A stretch of 64,000 nucleotides of DNA, from assembly GCA_030141605.1 (NCBI GenBank), contig JAQGDQ010000125.1, positions 508,135 through 572,134 on the forward strand, written 5' to 3'. The position numbers and the translations under genes are program-made. The notes below the pieces were generated by a model that was not told the origin of the DNA, did not search any database, and saw only the letters and a list, made by a program, of their open reading frames with translations. The DNA comes from Tubiluchus corallicola (Eukaryota; Animalia; Priapulida). This document shows, piece by piece, positions 50,611 to 63,521 of the stretch (its first letter is position 1; each line of letters starts with the position of its first letter).

Positions 50611-53600
50611 GGTGGTGGTGGTGGTGGTGGCGGTGGTTGTTATCATTATCATCGCTGCTGGTTGTGTTCGTCCTTATCATCGCTCGTAGCTGTTGTTGCT
50701 GCTGTTTTTGTTGCCGTTGTTGTTGTTGTTCTTGTTTCTACTGCTGTCGTTGTTGTTGTTGTTACTGCTGCCGTTGTTGTTGTCGTTGTTGTTGCTGTTG
50801 TTATTGTACTTGTTGTTGTTGTCGTTGCTGTCAGTGTTGCCGTTGCAGTTGTTGTTGCTGTTATAAACTCATTCACATAAACATATAAAATCATTGTTAG
50901 ACTTTAACAGCTGCAAATACATCCTAACTATTAATTAGTTAAAACTATATAAAACTTGTGAAGCATAATAGCCGGTGGTACATAACAATTTACTAGGGGC
51001 TTTATAAAAACAACGAGTACGTTACAGCAGAGAATAGAGATAAATTTATTACATCAAAGTGCTGCAGAAACAACAGCAAATCTATCATGCCCTAAAATTT
51101 AGGAAAATCCTCATCGCACAGCCTACGATCTTGAGGGGTATGATCTAGCAGCGACTTGAAGATCTGCTGAACATGTCTCACATGCTTGTGTATTCATTAC
51201 CGGTCAACGGTATGTTTTTTTATCATCTTAGCATCCCTTGTTTTCCAAAATAGCTCCAGTGTGCTAGGGTTGAGGTCTGGTGAATTTCGAAGCCATTCAG
51301 TTCGACCGTTAAGATTAATCGCAGAGTTTACACATCACTACCCTCACGATTGCAGGCAGTACTGCGCAAGGCTTCCACACTAAAGCGGCGTTTACGTACC
51401 ATCCGGATGCGCATGCGGATGCGTTTTCCACTTGCGGAACAGTCTGCAGAAAAATCAAGAGGAATAACTACAGAAAAACAATAACGCATACGCAGGCTGC
51501 ATAAACGGGTGCATTGAAAACAATATAAACCGATTTTATCTATTTCACACCCCGCAAAACGCATCCGCATCTGGATGCTACGTAAACGCCACTTAATGTT
51601 GAAGGTGTGCTTAATTGGCTATTGTTTCAGTCAGAAATACTTTGATGTAGTAAACTTGGTGTAGGTGTACTATTATGGTACTCGTTGTTTTATTACACCC
51701 TAGTAAAAGGTTATGCACCGTCCTATGCGTAATGGGTGCTGCAGGGTGCGTGCTTTATGAACATGGAGTTACATCACATAGGAAGTGGTACGGTGACATG
51801 CCAAATATAGAACTATTTTGCACGTCCCTGAATTCCACCAACTAGTGGCAGAAGCAGAGAAAACCCCGTCTAACCAAAGTATTGCGGTATTATGTTAAGT
51901 TGATGTTGATCTTAAGGATTTTCAAGGTGCATAATGTATTCACACAACGAAGGCCTTAAATGTTTTTGTTTAAACTAGTTCTTGTGAACGCTTTTCCGAA
52001 ATCATTGGAATATGGTATGTCATACGCCATTTTGAGAATCAGTTGCACATACTCAGAACTAAATGTACTAAAAATCACGAGGTTATACGAAAACATTTTT
52101 TTGTAAAATCATTTGTGGTCGAAATGTCTTTGCTTTTTGTGTATTTCGAAAACTTTCTGCTTTGTTGATTCATCTCGCATTTTATAGAGTGTCATAAAAC
52201 ATTTGTCTGGTCAATTCATTATCCAGACGTAGCTAGTTAATAATTAATTGCGACTGATTAAACAAGCTACTTAATAAAGTCAAGTTTGCGAAGTCAAGTA
52301 TGAAGCAGCGTGATCTTTGCGAATAATAAGTCTTTGCCTTCGATGCTGTTATATATTTGAAGTTATTAGGCAGCTTAGCTAACTAAGCTAAATTCAGAAG
52401 CGCCAGCAAAGTGATCACATACCTTTTATTTTTTCCTGATAAACTAATACAACTGGCACTTCTGGCAGATTTCTTTGACTGCTTAGCCGCTGGTCTTGGA
52501 ACTGGACCCAAAAACGGATGCTAAGTTTAAAATGCATTAAATAGTGTAAGACAACGTGTTGTATTTGTAGAATTTTATACTGTCGCTAGAAAATACAGTA
52601 CGATGTACAATTCTTCTGACGTACTAATAAATTTTAAAACAATTTCATAAGCACAGAATTTTAAAAAATATATATATATGCATTACAGCAGTAAACACAA
52701 TAATATGCAAGCGCAGTAAAAAGTAAAAAATGCTTACTTCTCTTTTGGGAAGCTTCTTTGGCTGAAAAAAAACAACGAGCTTTACAACAAGTAAATATTG
52801 ACAAACATAGTTGGTTATTAACATACTATTTTATAAATATTTTCATACTAATCTTCACACATCATAAGAGTTACAAGAATTGGTACATAGGTACATAAAT
52901 TGAACATATCAGATACCGCTTCATATTACATTATTCTTTTACCTTATTAGGTACAATTAATGCAAGAAGAAAAATTGTAGCGTGCATACAAGTGCTATTC
53001 TATCGTTTTTCTCAATTTTGTGTTGAATTCCTCGTTCCTTGACTTGACTTGCGATCTAACTAACTATAAGCTTCATTAACATGTGTCAGTAAGTAAATAT
53101 CTCAGCCACCCCAATATATGGTAAACCTTTCACTGGGCATCCATTTTACAAAATATCCACCTATTACATGCAGAGTCGGATTATGACCTTTTTGGCGCCT
53201 AGGCTAATAAAATTACGGAACTCATCCCCGCAGACAGAAATACTCTCTAACTCACATCCACTTGTCTTGAAACATGGACTGAGGCCTTAAGATTTACTGC
53301 TTGGGCCCCAAACTGAGCCCGTTATATCAAATAAAGGGGGCATTTTTTAAAATTAGGTTTTCAGACTCCCAGGCTTCCTTTTTACAGATGAATTATAGTA
53401 AAATGTTCATCATGATTTTAAGATGAAAATCTTAAAATGTTATACTCATGTTATACTTAACAGGACACCCAGGTTTGAGGGTCCTAGGCTGCAGCCTACA
53501 GTAATCTATAGGGCAGTGGTTCCCAAAGTAGGGGTAAATTCCCCCCTGGGGGTAATATGTTTTTTAGGGGGGTAACGGGCACCCCTCTGAAAATTTTTAA

Positions 53601-56600
53601 AACTTCGCTCGGAATGCATTTTACGTAGTTTTGGCAACAATACAACAACAACACCTGGAAATTTATTTATATCACGAGCAAGCATAAATAATTTTGCTTG
53701 CTTGTGGCATATACGTGTGTTTACTTTTTGAGTTGGAGTAGTACTAGGTGGGGGTAATGGACACGACCGGGTTTCTCGATTTGGGTAACGGTCCGAGAAA
53801 GTTTGGAAACCACTGCTATAGGGTAATCTGGCCCTGACTGCATGCTAGTTTGGTTGCCTTTGCATTTTTTCTTTTGATAGCCTTTATAAGTCTGCGCAAA
53901 AAAGCTGGGACTAACGATTAGTGCTAATTGTAGACTTGTGCTTTTTCAGATATCAGCTGAAAATTCATAATAGTAACTTGACAAAATTATCACGAAAAGG
54001 GATCTTTCAACGTCTTTCGCTGAAAAGGAATGTTATTTCAAGAAAACTGAGAGTTTACCTCGTAAGATATTGTTGCCATATAATGTTGTAGATCAGCCCT
54101 AATTTCCTGCTCTCTGTCGTAATCCAAATAATCTGTCTGGAAAATAAGATGGACATCTAATGTTAGTTTTTACCAAATAAAATTGTAACAGACAGGATCT
54201 AAAGACAAAAAACTAAGAAAGAAAAACTTTGACTTACCTCAGCGAAGAGCCTCTCCGGCTTTGTCGGAAGGGCAAACTTATTTTTTCGAAATGCCTCTGA
54301 CTCCATAGTGGACCACTGAAAAAATAAAATTGAAAAGTAAAAATTTTATTTGAAATTAGGGGATAGTATGCATGAGCAATTTTGATAAAGCCCTGAGTAT
54401 TATTTTTTATCTCTTGATCCACTTTTCTGATAATAAATGCATTCCAGTTATTTATAAGCCTGCAAATATATGTTGACATATCTTCTACTTTATCCTAATT
54501 AAAAAAATCCCAGTAGCTGATGATATATTTATGTCAAACTCGTGTTTACTCGCCAGGAATTGACTTTTTTTATTTATTTGATTTAAATGCCAGAGTTGCA
54601 AAGTACAATAAAAATATAATCTGTGCCAATTCTGATTCTTGTATTTCTGAATAAAGTATATTTATGCATCCCTTTTATACACAGGACGCAGTGCATCAAC
54701 TGCAAGACTGAAGATGTATAAAAACTGACAATTTACAGCTGACGTGCCAAATAATTTATTTCTTTTAAAGAAGTCTATTATAACACCTTTTTATCGTGGC
54801 CTTGGATACTTACAAAACTGGCGGTTGAAACATTTTTCTTTTTCTGTTTGTCTCTGTCATTCAGATCTAAATCAAAACATTCCTCTTTGCGCTGGACGTC
54901 AATGTAGTACTTCCTGAAAAATAAAAATCAGTAGACTTCAACTAACGGAGGACTGTATTCACGAAAATTTTACATTAATTAGGAATACGCATTCAATATA
55001 CACATATTGTGCAAGAGAATGTTTAAATAATTTAAATCTTGACGGACAGGTAGAGTTCAAAATTGGGCTTTTAATAGCTCGGCAAATCTTGCTTTTTCAT
55101 GTTATTTCGTGCAAACCTAAATCAAATATAAAGTATCTAAAGGTTTCACGTAAATTGTCAAATAAAAGGGGAAGTATGTGGCATAGCTATAATAAAAAAC
55201 TTATCAAGCGATCGCAACCAAAGGAAAAAGAAGTATTAATAACATTTTGTTGTAACGTGAGTCGATGCAAAACTCCTTTTTTAACTACGTTAGTATTGCA
55301 TGCAAGATGAAATTACTTTTATATTTTTGTAGCATAAAATGAGAATAAGTTGGTACAGGGGTTTAGACACTTTAATTTCGATGTGTACCTCCTTCCCAAT
55401 AACTGCAAGAGGTGGAAGTTATACATACATCATACAAAAGTTCCTAAAAATGATACTCCATGTGGTTGCCTATCTATTTGCTAACTCGATCCAACGTTGC
55501 TTAATTTGGCAGCCACGCAGCCACAAACCGTAAACCCAGAACTATTCCATTGTGATAATTAAGATACATTTTACTACAGTTCTTTGCTTTGTCTTAAGCA
55601 ACAACATTATTATGGAAATTTCTACTTGCACAAAATACTTTACAAAAATTAATACTAGCCTTATGTATATTCATTATGAAGTACAGATACAGGAGATAAT
55701 GATTAATGAGGGAACAAATACTGTTCGGTAAAAGCGTAAAAGGTGTTTCTCCATTAATAATTTATTACTACCTTGTGTACCCTCTGCTATGAATAAATTA
55801 TGCATTAGTCTGACGTATTCAGTGATTCAGTCTGGAAGTCAAACTGTATCAATATTGACAATCAGAATCTTAATAATTATGACTCTCTAAAAACAATAGA
55901 AGCAAGAGATTAATATTAGACTTATAGCACCTCCAGAATACATACTTTTCATTGAAGCTAAAGTGTATAGCAAAAACTACTTATTGTTTTCACAAAGTCA
56001 GAAAATCTACATCTTATAATTATGCTTTGACACAGTTAATTAGTGCGCACCACCACTAGTCTAGGCGGTAACATACAAGCATAAGGTTTGGCAGTGGCGG
56101 GAGCTATATTAATGTAGATAGATAGATCTATGTGGGATGGCTAGTACGGCAGGCACGGTATATCTGGCAGCTACAACAAGGAATACTAATTTAGCAAAAC
56201 CTGATCTCCTCTTCGTGTGTGAACAGTGCGTATTGGACACACAAAAGTGTTTCTGGCTGCTGGAACTGTGCGACTAAGGTTTTTGCAGTGGCAGTAGGTA
56301 CTGCAAAATTGTACATCTTCCATTTATGTGGAACGTTTATGGCGTGTGGCAACGTTTTGTCAAGCCAATCACAGTTCTTGCGCTACCAGCGCATTTCACA
56401 AGATCTGCAAGCGCCGGAATATTGAGTTTTCGTATTCCCCACTTCCATCGCCTCACGTTCCAGATATGTGCAAGTGTCCAGATGGGACGCCCAATGGCGC
56501 TCATCCTTGCCAGCCAAATCCAATGCACATGTTTGTGCCCTGATGTCCACGCGCACAACAGGTTTTATAAAATGGCGCTTAAAGCGCATTCCGGAATACG

Positions 56601-57154
56601 TGTGCGTTATGCAGATGCGGAATAGATACAATCGATTTGTGTTGTTTTCAATGCACCCGTTTATCAGACCTGCGTTATGTGTTATTTTGTTCTGCAGCTA
56701 TTGGTTTTTTACACGCTGCTATTCCGTAGGCTATTCCGCAAGTGGATAACGCATAATGGATGCCAGGCAAACGCCACTTAAATCTACACCAAGAGAAAAA
56801 AATCACCGCAGAAGCTGCAATGGATGCGCATATGCACATTCATGTGTCTTGCAGCTCTCGCGACTGGGACGGCAAAAGCGACTTCTAAGTTTGATAAACT
56901 CTTACATAAATCCTCTTAGTGCATGTGTATATACATGTATCCAGAATTTGACAAAGAAGCGTATCAGTGTTCGTGTGTTCCGGTACATCGTTGTTAACGC
57001 AACAGTTGTCAAAATGCGCGCCCAAAGTGAATAATGACAAACTAATGGATATGTAATAATTAAGGTAACAGCAATGAAAAGATAAAATTAATCTACAAAA
57101 AGACTAAACTTACAGTTTACGTGCCACTGATTTTATTAAAGCTTGGGACGTCAT
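46084..57154 (-). CDS. Uncharacterised single PLAT/LH2-domain protein with long low-complexity flanks, ~756 aa, 16 exons
   Basis: Exons in transcript order: 57154-57114, 54913-54814, 54315-54238, 54136-54059, 52761-52738, 52520-52423, 50532-50427, 50144-50097, 49792-49682, 49304-49201, 48562-48361, 48163-47969, 47623-47545, 47343-47185, 47076-46317, 46171-46084 (2271 nt, open, GT-AG). PLAT motifs: YKMRVTTG..GAGT..DVHIILYGQTG, FSKGQTDTF, LGPL..IRIGHD, WFLEKV, FACKQWL. The first and last exons are less certain than the PLAT exons. Confidence 0.8.
50574..50861. repeat. Compound (GTT)n/(GGT)n/(GYT)n trinucleotide microsatellite
   Basis: Pure and degenerate trinucleotide runs in an intron of the PLAT gene. 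Confidence 0.95.
51120..51310 (-). mobile_element. Tc1/mariner transposase relic
   Basis: Minus strand reads EWLRNSPDLNPSTLELFW, matching the WPxxSPDLNP...W motif around the third catalytic residue. Boundaries are approximate. Confidence 0.6.
51384..51593. mobile_element. PIF/Harbinger MITE, family A copy 2
   Basis: TIR AGCGGCGTTTACGTACCATCCGGATGCG / CGCATCTGGATGCTACGTAAACGCCACT, with a TAA TSD on both sides. Confidence 0.9.
53171..53836. mobile_element. hAT MITE (CAGGGCC-type), host of a nested insertion
   Basis: Ends CAGAGTCGGATTA / TAATCTGGCCCTG, TSD ATTACATG vs ACTGCATG (6/8). Related to the element at 62592. Confidence 0.7.
53514..53815. mobile_element. hAT (Charlie-like) MITE nested in the 53171-53836 element
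   Basis: TIR CAGTGGTTCCCAAA / TTTGGAAACCACTG, with a perfect 8-bp TSD CTATAGGG. Confidence 0.92.
56571..56778. mobile_element. PIF/Harbinger MITE, family A copy 3 (inverted relative to copies 1-2)
   Basis: TAA flanks and a right end AAACGCCACT. Internal ttttcaatgcacccgtttat and ttccgcaagtgga are reverse complements of the 51384 copy. Confidence 0.85.
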
Positions 57155-60100
57155 GGCGATTTGATTTGATTACTCCCACTTTAGATTGTACTGTAAAATC
57201 ACCTTGCTTTATTCAATTAAATCATGATTCTAAACACAAATTCAACCAGGGAGAAGCCACAGAAATTACACACAATTAACATGTCTCGCTCATTACTTGA
57301 AATCTGTTAATTCCAATCGTTCACAAGGCTTCCTCGATTTTCTTCATCTGTCTCAGTGAAGCCCACGCGCCTTAGCAACAAGAATGCAACGCGTTCATAA
57401 CAACGGCACACCTGCAATTAATTCCAGGTAGCGCTTGCACCTGCGCAGCGTAAATCAATTGATCAGCCATTGCTTAATTAGTGAACAGGCTGATTCAGAA
57501 AATGTAATTTTGTGCTAGGTTACAATTTTTCCATTTGTAGCCTAAATTTAGCTCTGCATAGGCAGGTATTTAAACAACGTTCGCTGTTTATTATTGTGTG
57601 GGTATGAATTGGATGTAATCGCATTAACTGATGCGCGGATCATCAGTTTGCTGTGGAAAACGAAATTGCTAATTAGTTCTGTAACTTGAGACCAAGTCAA
57701 TTTTTAAAATTTGATTTGAATTTCAAATTCAAAACACAGAAGAAATGTGTACCGAAGTTTCAACTACATTAATGTTAAAAGCAAGTGCCTTACAAAATTG
57801 TAGTTTCAAAGCGGATATTACCATACATTAGTTTTTGGCAGTGATAATTACCACAAGTTATATTCTTACTAGTTTTTAAATCATGTTTGAAAGGCTTTTG
57901 TACTTAAAAAAAGTAAATGCAGGAACAATATCAGGTAATCACTAATTGAAAAACAGCAATTTTGATGTTTGTAGCAACCAGTTTACATCGTGTTCGTCTT
58001 TTTTGCACTGAAAACGAGTGACATAAATTTTTTTCGTGTATCTTTGTACCTATATCTTTGGAAAAATCCAAGGGAATGACCTAAAAAATTTTACTGTTTG
58101 GTGTTCATATTTAATCATCTGCAACATTCGTTTGATAGTTTTCAAGCGATTCCATTGTTTTCTTTTTATAGCATTGCTATAAGAACCTCGGCACATTTTG
58201 TGCACCACTTGTGATTGCTTTATTTCCAGTGAAATCAAGCATAATATATGCATCTACAATTTAAGGTAGTTACATGTCCTACAGGAAAGAACAAAACAGA
58301 CATGGCGTAACAGTTACTTTTAGAGGCAGGGGTGGGTTCCAAGAAGGTGTATATTTCGAGCAGAAAATTTCGTACGAAGTGAAAATAGCTAATTCTTATA
58401 ATGTTGTTTCATCAATTATATGGTTTACTGTTTGATTTTGTTAAACTTAGGAGTTTCTTTAACCTTTTAAAGTTTTCTGAGGAGACGTAACATCTGCAAC
58501 CAATTTCTATTGTTACGCGTTCAGCAGAGAAGCCAACAGTGAACAAAACTGCTAATAAAGATCGCCTATTTGTTGCTTTTATAGTCTGAAATAATTTAAA
58601 TGAAAATTTAAAGATTAAATCGTTGTATGTGATGACTGATTTTCACACTTAGTATTATCGCTTACATGCATCTCCTACACTAGAATTACACTTTTGATGT
58701 CAGGTACGAAAACTTAATGTGACATGTTTTAGCTGTGAGTAAAAACACTTGTACTCCTTTAATGGTTATGTGTTTTTATAACTACTGTGTCTGCTATCTA
58801 TACGACTACACCTTCCAAGTTAAACACATTTCTAAAATCCACGCCTAGTCAAGGTTATTGCGAAGTGAACATTGTCATGTAGAATAGGTGGGCAGGCTAG
58901 CTGAATTAGTAAACCATTATAGGTCTAGAGCCTTCGAAATAATACAGTTACAAAGTTCTAAGCAAAAGCAGGAAACTGAGAATAAAATAAATTAATACTA
59001 ATGTACCTTTATTCGACAGAAAAATGGAACCTGTTTTCAGCTCCTTGTATCTGTAACCTGTACAGTTTAATTTCCGTGTAATTTTTAACAATACTTGTAT
59101 TGATATAGGGTTAGTATATTTGGTTAGCATAAAGCTAGTATATTTGTATTTTCACTTATGTATGTGTTTCACTCTTATATGAGATTATGCAATAAATGAG
59201 ATTAAATGAAATCTCCCTAATCGCTCCTCGTCAAGTTTTACAAAACTTGTTCAGTCCAAGCAGGCTCATCCACATTAAATTTTCAAGTCACTAATATCTG
59301 AGCCTTAAACTCGACTTGCATTAATTAATTAACTTCTGCACAATAAACATGAACAAAACAGTTGAAAAATATCTTTTAGTTAATTTCAAATAAAAAATGT
59401 TTACAGTTAATTACGGCGTACTCAATAGTGAGTAGTTGTATACACAATCATGTACAGACTGCAGTGAAAAACAAACCTTCCAAAATCCGCAGCTTATAAA
59501 CATGATATTGAAGCCACAGCTGCTGCAGCAAATATAAAAATAAACACTGTAATAAAAGCCACAAAAATATTAGAAAATGTAAATCTAGTAACACAAAATG
59601 CCCAGGGCAGCCAAAACATGAATTTCTGAAGGTTACGCTGATGATGGCAGTTACGGCAATGATGATGTAGTTACTGTCTAAATTAAACCCACCTGATTGG
59701 CTTTTTTCTAGAGCATTAGATCATTACAGTATTATGACAATATTAATAAAAGTATAAAAACTGTCAGAAAAAATACAAATGGCAACTGGATGGAAAACAA
59801 CTTTTTAAGCTACGCAGTACTGCAAGTACACCTGATACATATATAGCAAATTTATGCATTCACACAACGTGAGCTATGTTCACATTCAACTGGCATTGAA
59901 CTTGCTCATATTCTCACTGTAATTGTACAACCAAGTTCTTATACATGACATTGGTATGTGAAATGTATTAAACATGTATTAATTCACCTTACATGTATTA
60001 AATGTATGAGATTGGTTTGTTCCTTTCCTGTTGGCTAACAAAATTTTACTTAAATGCAGCTTTTGACACGACACATATTACACACCACATACAAATGCCA

Positions 60101-60990
60101 TATTCACCATCAAACACAGTATTCTAAAATCTAATATTACTAAAATATAACTAAAAATATAACTAAAAGTCTATAACTAAATGTGAAATTTCCAGTTCAT
60201 TCATCACTTCTCATTGCAAATATCACTTCAGACAGACCAGGTAATAACAACTTAATGTTAGAACATATCAAACTATAAAGTCATTTACCAAAAAGACTTC
60301 CCAGAATTCTTACAAAAGTAGTAGTTCAGAGTATTTATCAAAATTTACAAAGTTGACACTTGCTCTATACTGTTATTCATTTGAAAGCATTCAAAGTGGT
60401 ATACATTCTTGGCAACATGTTCTTGCAAAAATCTCATGATAACATTTAAATAAGTTAAAAACAAAATTTTACAACTTGATGCTGTACATGGTAGGCCTGT
60501 AAAACTTGAACGTTATCTTTGAAAACATTGAGTACTGATTCAAATAATACAAGGTAAGTCATATAGTACAGTTTCTACAATGCCAGTCGCTACAAATTTT
60601 TGCCAGGTTAATAAACATATAAGCTTACTACCAGTACTATCAAAAATATGATAGTACAGTCATAACCATCTACATTTTTCATGTAAAGGTTTAATAAAGC
60701 TTCTAAAGCATTTGCTGTTTGTAAGCCAACTACAACATGAAAAATGTTGTTGCGTTACATACAAATCACATTGAATTTTTTTCTTTTTCAACATTTCCTA
60801 TATTCTGTGAGAGTAGATTGTTGAAAAATGAGCACAGTAATTCATTATGCTGCAATCTGACTGCCTAAAATTTCACAATATCTACAAAACACTGTGATGA
60901 GATTCTACTGAGATTCTAAGCTTTACTAAAAACGGGAAATTTAAAAAACAATCGTTATGGAAAATAAGTTCATTAAATTGTCACAAACAT

Positions 60991-61668
60991 TCACACAAAA
61001 TAAATTGCAGCACACAAAAGTACTGTAAAAAGTGCTGATATCCAAGGTTTTAGTGAGACACCTGTATTACACAGGTCTCGTCCGCACAAGCATATTTTTG
61101 TGAGATACCCACTAACGTTTTCCACAACGCAACCCTCTTCATCTCTGTACCTCCAATCAATTTCGTCAACTGTTGTGTGCAGATGACAGTATCTCTTCAC
61201 AACTACCTCATGGCCGATAGTAGTTGTAGCTTTTACACATGGACCTGAACACCCACGTTTGATGAATCCATCGTCCCATTCTGTGAGGTCTGGAGGTTCT
61301 CGGCATTGATGACTGTTAATCAGCTCCTCGTGGTCACTTCCTTTGGTCAAACCGCCGAACCACTGTGCCTCCTGTGTATCATAGGTGCGCTGTCTGTTTC
61401 GATTGTATGAATACTCGTTATTAAACTCACTCCATGATGCCCATCCACCTTCTTTGCTGATGTCCCCCGGTTGCACATCACTGTCTCTTGGATAACCGCC
61501 GTAACCGTAGCCGTAGCCACCATAAGGTTGATCATATATTGTCCTACCTTCAGGATTCCCATATGAACACACGAAACATCGTCTGAGTAACGTTGACGTG
61601 CTACTGATGACGTAATTTAATAGAATTATTAACACTAATGACAACGATCCATGAGCCTGCATTTTCAT
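60991..61668 (-). CDS. Ly6/uPAR three-finger-domain GPI-type protein (quiver/sleepless-like), uninterrupted CDS, 225 aa
   Basis: Hydrophobic signal peptide, RRCFVCS start, ten cysteines ending in ICLCGRDLCN, then a short spacer and hydrophobic C-terminus (WISALFTVLLCAAIYFV) typical of a GPI signal. A possible 5'UTR acceptor lies at 61715-61716. Confidence 0.88.
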   Translation of the reverse strand: MKMQAHGSLSLVLIILLNYVISSTSTLLRRCFVCSYGNPEGRTIYDQPYGGYGYGYGGYPRDSDVQPGDISKEGGWASWSEFNNEYSYNRNRQRTYDTQEAQWFGGLTKGSDHEELINSHQCREPPDLTEWDDGFIKRGCSGPCVKATTTIGHEVVVKRYCHLHTTVDEIDWRYRDEEGCVVENVSGYLTKICLCGRDLCNTGVSLKPWISALFTVLLCAAIYFV

Positions 61669-62591
61669 GTCATGTGATGCTACGTATGAATTAACCGAAT
61701 GTAATTCCGAATTACTGAAATTACGAATGTACTAGTACAGTATGTACTCGCCCACAAAGCACTTTAGCAAATAAATTTTAACTTATTAAACAATGTTTAT
61801 AAATGTCCAAATTTTAAACTCGAAAACTGTAAAAATCACAGCGTTTCAAAAATCTGCGCAGATCACAAACATGGCGGACGTCACTGGAATTACCTGTGCT
61901 ACGCATGGAGTTCAAAATAATGATGCAGCTGACAGGTATGCCAACCGCCTGAGGCGATGCTATACCTAAATACGAGTGCTGAAAATCGTCAATAGATGTC
62001 ACTAAAGACCAATCGTTCACCAAAACCCTTATAAAGTTTATAACGAAAATATTCTTGGATACTCTTATAATGGAGTGTATTTTTGAAGTTTTCACCAAAG
62101 AATGCAAAACCTTTAAACTGCTTCGTTGCAGACAATTAACTAAGAAACCGAGTAGTACATCTTAAGGAAGTTGAGGATCGGGGTAGTTATGATCCCGACC
62201 CCCGAACTCTCTTCAATTCCCAAACCTCGTTCTCGAACATCGGTCGCGGCCCGAAATTTATAATACATGAAAAACAAACGTTTACTTTTGGTTTTTGAGG
62301 CATATGAAAATATGAGCCACTTACTGAGTTACTCATCGCATAACATATTGACAATATCGTGATAACTGATTGTTTACAATTGCATGACGCTATCTTTTAA
62401 AATGTTTTGTAAAGTAGCGTTCGCAATTTCTGGACTTCTAAATGGTCACAATCTGAGCTCATCAACCGAACTCAAGTAACGCACTTTTTAGTTAGTAAAT
62501 GGATGGGTTACTGCCGGCAATACTATTTCTTGGCGGTTTTATCTGCCATATTGTTCTTAAAGGTTCCAACTCTCGTATTATCATTGTTAAT

Positions 62592-62951
62592 CAGGGCCGC
62601 ATTGTGACCTTCTGAGGCTCCTAGGTTCATAAACTTATGGGCCCCGTTTAGACGGAACCACCCTCTAACTCGTCCTCACCCGTGTTGTATAGTTTTTACT
62701 CGTGATACGTTTTAGCTACGTTTACATAACTTGAAGTAAACTTTTTGCAAATTCTTTAATTGAACTAGAACAGCTATCTTTTGTTTGTCAATAAAAATGT
62801 TCTTTAGGAAATAAAGGTTGCCAAAAAATCTCAGGATTGTGCAAAAATAATTCAAGCATAATTTGGAATTCTGATTCAGACATTTTGTGACTTGAGAGTC
62901 GCTTAAGCTTGAGAGGCGCTAGCCTATACCAGCTTATAGGATAATCCGGCT
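62592..62951. mobile_element. hAT MITE related to 53171-53836
   Basis: Start CAGGGCCGCATTGTGACCTT..CCTAGG, internal CTCTAACTC, and end TATAGGATAATCCGGC parallel the 53171 element. Confidence 0.6.
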
Positions 62952-63474
62952 AATAACATAGGTTCCACCACAACCGGGCTGTATCAAAATTTACCAATAT
63001 CTCCGTACCATTCAGAGCACTTTATACTTTGAATTAATTGGCCCTGTTTTGAACAGTTAGATTCTGGGCCTTAGTAGGTGCTTAAATGACTTGGCTAGAG
63101 ATTCAAAGGAAGAGCCTAGGCATATATTTTGAATTAACTGCGCATAAAAAATCGCATTGGGGATTTTCCCTAGTGATGTTACTACAGTGATTACGCCTTC
63201 GTTTAATCTTACAATCGAATTCTATCACAATTTTCAATGATACACGACAGATACAAATGTTTGCATTATATGGATAGATCATTGGTACGGTGATATTATT
63301 AAAGTGCTGAAAATCGCCAGTAAATCTTTTTTTTATTTTATTACTTGCGTTTTTGTACACACCTACTGCACTCGTAGTTTTATTTTTTTGCTCCAGACGC
63401 ATTTACTGTTAGCAGTGTAGCCCATTCATGGCAGGCAATCACTGAATGATATTTCACATTGTATAATATGACAA

Positions 63475-63477
<3 letters not shown>

Positions 63478-63519
<42 letters not shown>
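63478..63519. repeat. (TA)n microsatellite
   Basis: About 20 consecutive TA units. Confidence 0.97.

Positions 63520-63521
<2 letters not shown>

Noticed and set aside
50423-50894. Poly-Cys, -Val, -Thr and -Asn ORFs
   Set aside because: Translations of an intronic trinucleotide microsatellite.
61871-61935. AAACATGGCG...AG|GTATGC as the first exon of a + strand gene
   Set aside because: No downstream in-frame exon found in the window, and this motif is also common in promoters and DNA-transposon interiors.
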